A stretch of DNA of 64,000 bases from contig JACDEI010000010.1 in the NCBI GenBank assembly GCA_013816485.1, forward strand, positions 54,854-118,853, written 5' to 3'. This stretch comes from Planctomycetota bacterium. GTDB taxonomy: Bacteria > Planctomycetota > UBA11346. A program made the translations under genes and the position numbers. The number at the start of each line of letters is the position of its first letter. Within the stretch, counting starts at the first letter, position 1. The notes below the pieces were generated by a model, which saw only the letters and a program-made list of their open reading frames with translations, did not search any database and was not told the origin of the DNA. This document shows positions 58,122-64,000 of the stretch, one piece after another.

Positions 58122-58233
58122 CCCGGAGTCCGGGGTCCGGGGTCCGGAGTCGTGGCATACCGCCGCTGAGGTCATGCCTCCGTTATGGTGCGCGAGGAAG
58201 GACTCCGGACTCCGGACTCCGGACACCGGACGG
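58122..58233. repeat. GTCCGGR-type tandem-heptamer inverted-repeat element between the rsfS stop and the ftsY start.
   Basis: Left arm cccggagtccggggtccggggtccggagtc. Spacer cgtggcataccgccgctgaggtcatgcctccgttatggtgcgcgaggaag. Right arm gactccggactccggactccggacaccggacgg. Confidence 0.8.
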
Positions 58234-58234
58234 A

Positions 58235-58624
58235 TCATTCCGCGATCGCCTTGTCCGGATCGACCAGCGTCTTCAGTTCCTTGTCGTACGCGATCTGACG
58301 CGCGAGCGGCCAGAGGTGCTCGATGTCGTAGAGCGCGCGCTTCTCTTCGTCGAAGGCGTGCACGATCACGTCGATGCAGTCGACCAGCATCCAACCACTT
58401 TCGCCTTCGACCGGCATGCGCGGGACGTGGTGTTGTTTGCAGAACGAATAGATGCCCTGGACGATGGCATGCACATTGCGGTCGCTGCGACCGCTGACGA
58501 TGACGACGAAGTCGGCCACGCCGTTGCCTTTGGGCAGTTGCAGCAGACGCACGTCCTCGCCGCCCTTGTCGAGGGCCAGACGCACGGTGTGCAAAGCAAG
58601 ATCACGGCTCGAAAACGACGTCAT
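58235..58624 (-). CDS. rsfS: Ribosomal silencing factor RsfS (Iojap).
   Basis: DKGGEDVRLLQL...ADFVVIVSGRSDRNVHAIV...GESGWMLVDCIDVIVHAF. ATG at 58624 checked. Confidence 0.85.
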   Translation of the reverse strand: MTSFSSRDLALHTVRLALDKGGEDVRLLQLPKGNGVADFVVIVSGRSDRNVHAIVQGIYSFCKQHHVPRMPVEGESGWMLVDCIDVIVHAFDEEKRALYDIEHLWPLARQIAYDKELKTLVDPDKAIAE

Positions 58625-58938
58625 GGGCCTCCCTAGGCGGGGCGCGCATGCTAGACCGGACGACCCATGGGCAAGCCGCGTTCTTTTTGCATGGGGGCTT
58701 TGCCCCCACGTCCCTGCGGTCCTGCCCCCGCGGGCTTTGTCGTGGCTCGGTTTCGTCGGAAGCCGACGAAACCGTGGGCGGATGGGCTTCGCCCATTCTA
58801 TCCGCCCACCGCCACTCGGCGCCCGGCCCATCGCTTCGCGATGGGAGTCGCCGGGGCGGAACGGACCGCACTGGCGTGCGGTAGGCGACCGCTGCGCTCC
58901 GCTGGCACGTCAGAAAGTGCCCAGCATGATGCCTGCCC
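58625..58938. other. Highly structured 314-bp divergent intergenic region (rsfS <-> hpt) with at least four perfect or nested palindromes. Candidate regulatory RNA or structured promoter region.
   Basis: gggggctttgccccc at about 58693. ggtttcgtcggaagccgacgaaacc at 58750-58774. Nested gggcggatgggcttcgcccattctatccgccc at 58776-58807. cccatcgcttcgcgatggg at about 58828. Confidence 0.5.
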
Positions 58939-59460
58939 ATGTCGCAGAACCGCCTCAAACCACTGCTTAAAGCACGTGCGATTCATAAACGAGTGAAGGA
59001 ACTGGGCCAACAGATCAGCGCGGATCATCCTGGTCAGCCGCTGACGGTGCTGGCGTTGCTCGACGGTGCCTTCTGCTTCGTCGCCGATCTGGTGCGCTGC
59101 ATGGATCAGCCCGACCTGCGCCTGCATTTCGTGCGCGCGTCGAGCTACGGCAAGAATACCACCAGCCGTGGCAAGGTCGCGCTCGAACCACTGCCGGACC
59201 TGAGCGGACAGACCGTGCTGCTGGTCGACGACATCCTCGATACCGGTCGCACCATGCAGGCGGTGAAGAGCATTCTGTCGGGAGCGATCGTGCACACCTG
59301 CGTGCTGCTCGACAAACCCACCCGTCGGGTGCCCGATGGCCTGCAATGCGCCGACTACATCGGCTTCACCATCCCCGACACCTTCGTGGTCGGCTATGGG
59401 CTCGATCACGGCGGGAAGTACCGCCACCTGCCGGACATCTGCGCCCTGGCCGAAAACTGA
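58939..59460 (+). CDS. hpt: Hypoxanthine-guanine phosphoribosyltransferase.
   Basis: LLDGAFCFVADL, VLLVDDILDTGRT (PRPP-binding). Confidence 0.85.
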   Translation: MSQNRLKPLLKARAIHKRVKELGQQISADHPGQPLTVLALLDGAFCFVADLVRCMDQPDLRLHFVRASSYGKNTTSRGKVALEPLPDLSGQTVLLVDDILDTGRTMQAVKSILSGAIVHTCVLLDKPTRRVPDGLQCADYIGFTIPDTFVVGYGLDHGGKYRHLPDICALAEN

Positions 59461-59592
59461 ACCGGCACGCTGCGCCGCGCGGCATTCCTGAACCCTCGGC
59501 TGCCTCTTGTCTGACCGGGGTTGACCAGGATTCTCCGTCCCTCCCTGGCACAGCCGCAGTTGCGGCTCCGCTTTTCCCGAAGGAACTCCACC

Positions 59593-60837
<1,245 letters not shown>

Positions 60838-60864
60838 TTCTCAGGTCTTGGTTGTTCGTTTCTG

Positions 60865-60900
60865 GAACCGCCGGTCGATGACCGGCGGTTCTGTATTTCG
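60865..60900 (+). terminator. Rho-independent terminator for pgk.
   Basis: Perfect 12-bp stem gaaccgccggtc-gat-gaccggcggttc followed by tgtatttcg. Confidence 0.6.
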
Positions 60901-60903
60901 TGG

Positions 60904-61021
60904 CACGGGCGTCCCGCCCGTGGTTTGACCGCGATCATTGCCAACGACGCTCAGGCGTCATGCGATCGTTTTTCAGTGATGACCACGTTGGATCACGGGC
61001 GGGACGCGCGGGACGCCCGTG
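60904..61021. repeat. Pair of related palindromes (cacgggcg...cgcccgtg) about 90 nt apart in the pgk/cbiX convergent gap.
   Basis: cacgggcgtcccgcccgtg at 60904-60922. cacgggcgggacgcgcgggacgcccgtg at 60994-61021. Confidence 0.6.
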
Positions 61022-61036
61022 TCACGGTGATGTGGC

Positions 61037-61393
61037 TCAGCAGTCGCCGCGTTCGAGCAGCAACGCTGCGAGCGCGTCGTGGGGACCGAGCGCGCCGCCG
61101 ATGGAGTAGGTGATGCCAGGATGATTGGCGGCGGCGCTGGCGGCGAGCGTCGGGATGTCCTGCGTCAGATGGCGGCCATCACTGAGGAAGTACGGCAGAA
61201 TGACGATGCGCTTCGCGCCTTGCTGCACCAAGGCCGAGAATGCGGTGGCGAGATCCGGTGCGGCGATCTCCATGTGTGCTGCTGCCACCACCGCGCTGGG
61301 CCGCAAACGGCGCACGCGTGTGGCCATGTCTTCCAATTGCTGGTTAGACTCCGCGCGGCGCGAGCCGTGATCGATCAACAGCAGGCCAAGCAT
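61037..61393 (-). CDS. cbiX: CbiX-type (small) sirohydrochlorin chelatase.
   Basis: MLGLLLIDHGSRRAESNQQL...KRIVILPYFLSDGRHLTQDIP (the HGS and PYFL motifs of the CbiX/SirB fold). Length 118 aa. Confidence 0.65.
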   Translation of the reverse strand: MLGLLLIDHGSRRAESNQQLEDMATRVRRLRPSAVVAAAHMEIAAPDLATAFSALVQQGAKRIVILPYFLSDGRHLTQDIPTLAASAAANHPGITYSIGGALGPHDALAALLLERGDC

Positions 61394-61495
61394 GGGCGCA
61401 CGGTGGATGTGACGGGCGTTCCCGCAAGCCGTGGCAGTCGAGGTTTCCGCCACTCCAGCCATTGAGCACAGCGCGCCTCGCCCAAGCTGCCGCGC

Positions 61496-62638
61496 GTGAC
61501 CGCCATCTACCTCGATTGGAACGCCACCGCGCCGCTCAGCGCTGTCGCCCGCGCTGCATGGCTGTCGGCGCAGGACGACGCGTGGGGCAATCCTGGGTCG
61601 GTGCATGATCAGGGGCAACGCGCGCGCCACGCGATCGATCAGGCCAAGGCGACCTGCGCGCGGGTGCTCTGCTGCAGGACTAATGAACTCATCGTCACCA
61701 GCGGCGGTACCGAAGCGAATGCGTTGGCGATCCATGCGGCAGCAGAGTCCGCGTCGGCGAACGGAGGTAACGCTGCGTTGATCCTGGCCTCGGCGATCGA
61801 TCACAGTTCGGTGCTGCGTAACGCGGAGCTGTACGGACGTCTGGTGAAGCTGCCGGTCGATCAGCAGGGGCGTTTGCATCCACAGGTCGTGCAGGAGGCG
61901 ATGAAGGATAAGCCTGCGCTGGTGTGCTTTCAGTTCGCCAACAACGAACTCGGAACACGACAGGATGTTTCGGCGCTGGTTGCCGCCGTTCGTGCGGTGT
62001 CACCGCAGACGCGGGTGTTGCTCGATTGCGCGCAAGGAGCGGGCAAGGCGATCATCGATCTGCGTGCGCTCGACGTCGATTTTTCCAGCATCGCCGGTCA
62101 CAAGTTCGGAGCGCCGAAAGGGGTCGGGCTGCTCTATGTGAAAAACGGTGTGCGCTTGCCACCGCTCATCGCTGGTGGACGGCAACAGCAGGATCGTCGT
62201 AGCGGGACCGAGGACGCGGCGGGAATCACCGCTCTTGCTGCCGCGTTGTCAGCAGCCGCGACCCACGCCGAGGAAGAGGACATCCGTCAGCGCCTGCTGC
62301 TCGAATCCGCCTTTGCCCGCATCGTTAGGGACCTGCCACAAGCCCAGTGGCTGGCGCATGCGGCAGAACGTCTGCCCAACACATTGAGTCTGGCTCATCC
62401 CGGCATCGCCAACGAAACGTTGGTGATGCGTTTGGATCTGGCTGGCATCGCCGTATCCACCGGTGCGGCGTGCATGGCGGCGCGCGGCGAGCAGAGCCAT
62501 GTCATCGCTGCTCTTGGTATTGCTCCAGATCTTGCCCGCGGAGTCATCCGGGTGTCGATCGGCTCTACCACCACGGTTGCTGACCTTGATGTATTTGTCG
62601 CGACCTACGTGCGCGAGGTGCGCGCACTCGTACGGTGA
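61496..62638 (+). CDS. Cysteine desulfurase / class-V aminotransferase (NifS/IscS-like).
   Basis: IYLDWNATAP, LIVTSGGTEANALAI, PLP-lysine context SIAGHKFGAPKGVGLLYVK, active-site loop STGAACMA. Confidence 0.85.
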   Translation: MTAIYLDWNATAPLSAVARAAWLSAQDDAWGNPGSVHDQGQRARHAIDQAKATCARVLCCRTNELIVTSGGTEANALAIHAAAESASANGGNAALILASAIDHSSVLRNAELYGRLVKLPVDQQGRLHPQVVQEAMKDKPALVCFQFANNELGTRQDVSALVAAVRAVSPQTRVLLDCAQGAGKAIIDLRALDVDFSSIAGHKFGAPKGVGLLYVKNGVRLPPLIAGGRQQQDRRSGTEDAAGITALAAALSAAATHAEEEDIRQRLLLESAFARIVRDLPQAQWLAHAAERLPNTLSLAHPGIANETLVMRLDLAGIAVSTGAACMAARGEQSHVIAALGIAPDLARGVIRVSIGSTTTVADLDVFVATYVREVRALVR

Positions 62639-62771
62639 CGTGCTCCCTGGGAGCGCCGGCAGCCTGTCGGCAGAGTCGAATCACGGTGACCTGCGAAGTA
62701 AGCGAATCTCATCTCTGATTGCCCCTGGCCGGCAAGCTGCCGGCGCTCCCAGGGAGCTGTCGCCGATGTTC

Positions 62772-63899
62772 TCACGGTGTGGTGCTGACCGGTAGTTCGA
62801 GCGGACCGTAAAGTGGGAAGTAACGATCCTTCTTCTTGTCCCCGCCATTGTCGAAGCCGTCTTCGTACACGGTGTAGGCTCCCATCAGTACACCGTCACG
62901 CTCGAAACGTCGGAGTGGTTTTCCCGACGGGTCGAAGGCATCGATGGGCCAGGTCGTACCGTGAACTTCTGCGGCCATGAGTTGCAACCGTAGTTGGCAT
63001 TTGGCGGTCATGTTCAGGACAGTCGGGACCACGCCCATGAGCTGCAGCGATAGGGTTTCTGTCGGTATCCAGCGACGCAGATCCTGGGACTCACGGCTTA
63101 TGCGGCGCGCGTTCGACACCAGATCCGCAGGTGTCGGATGTAGACGGGTCATCTGGATCCACGCCATTTCGCGGCTCAGCAGAGGTCCGCGTCCGGCCCG
63201 CATTTGCGGTCCCCACATCAAGTCGTCCCAGAGGGAGTCAGGAGCAAATAATCCCATTGCCTGCCGCGTTGCAGCAGGGTTTTCGCAGGTGTGATTCGCT
63301 AAAACAAATTCACCGATGAAGGCATTGGTGAGGTGGACTTCCAACCGCTGTGACAAACGGTCGAGACGATCAGCCAGGGTGGCCATCCGTTTCTGCAGGT
63401 CATGCAGACGTCCAGCAATCGGGCTTAGGGATATCTCGACGAGCGAAACCTGGACCAGCAGCTCACTCAGTATACGGCAATCCAGGATCTCGACCAAGCG
63501 CAACAAGCGTTCAGTTTCACGCACGACCTCTTCCGGTGCTGCCAAGAGTACCAGCTCCTGCTGGTAGCGCACGATCTGCCGGAGCCCGCTGATCTCAGGA
63601 TTGGGACCGGTGAGCGTTCGGTGTTCCTGCTGGACCAGGATGTCGTCGGGTAGCTGATCCAAGAGAAGAAGAAACTCCGCGATCGTGGCAGGATCCAATC
63701 CGGCGTGATGATCGCTCGCTTCTTGGGGAATGGAGAGGTACGCCTGCAAGAGGGGGGCATTTTTCCCGTCTCGGGTGATCTTCCCGGTGTTTGCCAATGA
63801 ATTGTAATCCGGCAGGGACTTCACCAACTGCTTGAGCCGTTCATACCGAGCAATCACCTCGGGTGGCGAACGCGGTAACTGCTCAGAAACGAGTGGCAC
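62772..63899 (-). CDS. Hypothetical protein (375 aa).
   Basis: Long ORF with no recognisable motif. Confidence 0.45.
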   Translation of the reverse strand: MPLVSEQLPRSPPEVIARYERLKQLVKSLPDYNSLANTGKITRDGKNAPLLQAYLSIPQEASDHHAGLDPATIAEFLLLLDQLPDDILVQQEHRTLTGPNPEISGLRQIVRYQQELVLLAAPEEVVRETERLLRLVEILDCRILSELLVQVSLVEISLSPIAGRLHDLQKRMATLADRLDRLSQRLEVHLTNAFIGEFVLANHTCENPAATRQAMGLFAPDSLWDDLMWGPQMRAGRGPLLSREMAWIQMTRLHPTPADLVSNARRISRESQDLRRWIPTETLSLQLMGVVPTVLNMTAKCQLRLQLMAAEVHGTTWPIDAFDPSGKPLRRFERDGVLMGAYTVYEDGFDNGGDKKKDRYFPLYGPLELPVSTTP

Positions 63900-64000
63900 T
63901 CTTTCCGGGGAATTTGCTGTTAATGGAACTGCCTCCGGTTAAGTCATGATCATTGATCATGGCGTCGTCCGATCGGCACATTCAGCCCAGTCCTCATCAG

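Noticed and set aside
37833-58233. Possibility that the short tandem repeats are a CRISPR array.
   Set aside because: The units are 7-9 bp, directly abutting with no spacers of uniform length, and the two arms are mutually complementary. That is incompatible with CRISPR repeat-spacer organisation. No cas genes are present.
59461-59592. Possible terminator hairpin after hpt (agccgcagttgcggct + ccgcttttcc).
   Set aside because: The stem is only 6-7 bp with a 2-nt loop. It is too weak to call confidently.

Overview
This is a 64-kb, very GC-rich (~67%) chromosomal segment from a Gram-negative bacterium. The PA14/beta-propeller 'membrane-bound dehydrogenase' protein, the multiheme CxxCH proteins, YceI and DJ-1 suggest a PVC-group or similar environmental lineage, but that assignment is low confidence. 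It is densely coding, with about 55 genes and no rRNA, tRNA, CRISPR array, transposase or integrase that I can recognise.

Most genes are housekeeping: queF, coaD, hisB, thpR, pgl, mnmA, acpP-fabF, trpF, cmk, ftsY, rsfS, hpt, pgk, cbiX, a cysteine desulfurase, a uracil-DNA glycosylase and an SNF2 helicase. Around them sit envelope, signalling and transport genes: two tandem GGDEF cyclases, a REC-Hpt protein, PDZ proteins, an L,D-transpeptidase, an LpxL-like acyltransferase, ABC-2 permeases and an AEC permease.

The most unusual protein-coding content is a three-gene cluster: an NfeD/YqiJ-like membrane protein, a 701-aa flotillin, and a 1763-aa protein with one C-terminal AAA+ ATPase module and large uncharacterised N-terminal and helical regions. 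I cannot place that giant protein in any known family.

The most unusual non-coding content is a recurring intergenic element: two arms of 3-7 tandem 7-9-bp repeats in inverted orientation around a 15-80-bp spacer, predicted to fold into long imperfect stem-loops. At least ten loci carry it, in three sequence flavours (GTCCGGR, GCAGARR, GGTACGAGG), mostly just after stop codons or between convergent genes and sometimes directly in front of start codons.

Other oddities:
- A 130-bp tandem repeat of nested hairpins lies upstream of hisB and the diguanylate cyclase operon.
- A 15-bp tandem repeat encodes (HDNGG)n at the start of a small membrane protein.
- A 16-bp tandem triplicates the yceI stop region.
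- An ACP paralog next to acpP-fabF has Pro where the phosphopantetheine-acceptor Ser should be.
- cytidylate kinase is fused to an extra C-terminal domain.
- A 314-bp divergent region between rsfS and hpt is heavily structured.

All calls rest on reading the six-frame translations and the DNA by eye. No database search was run.
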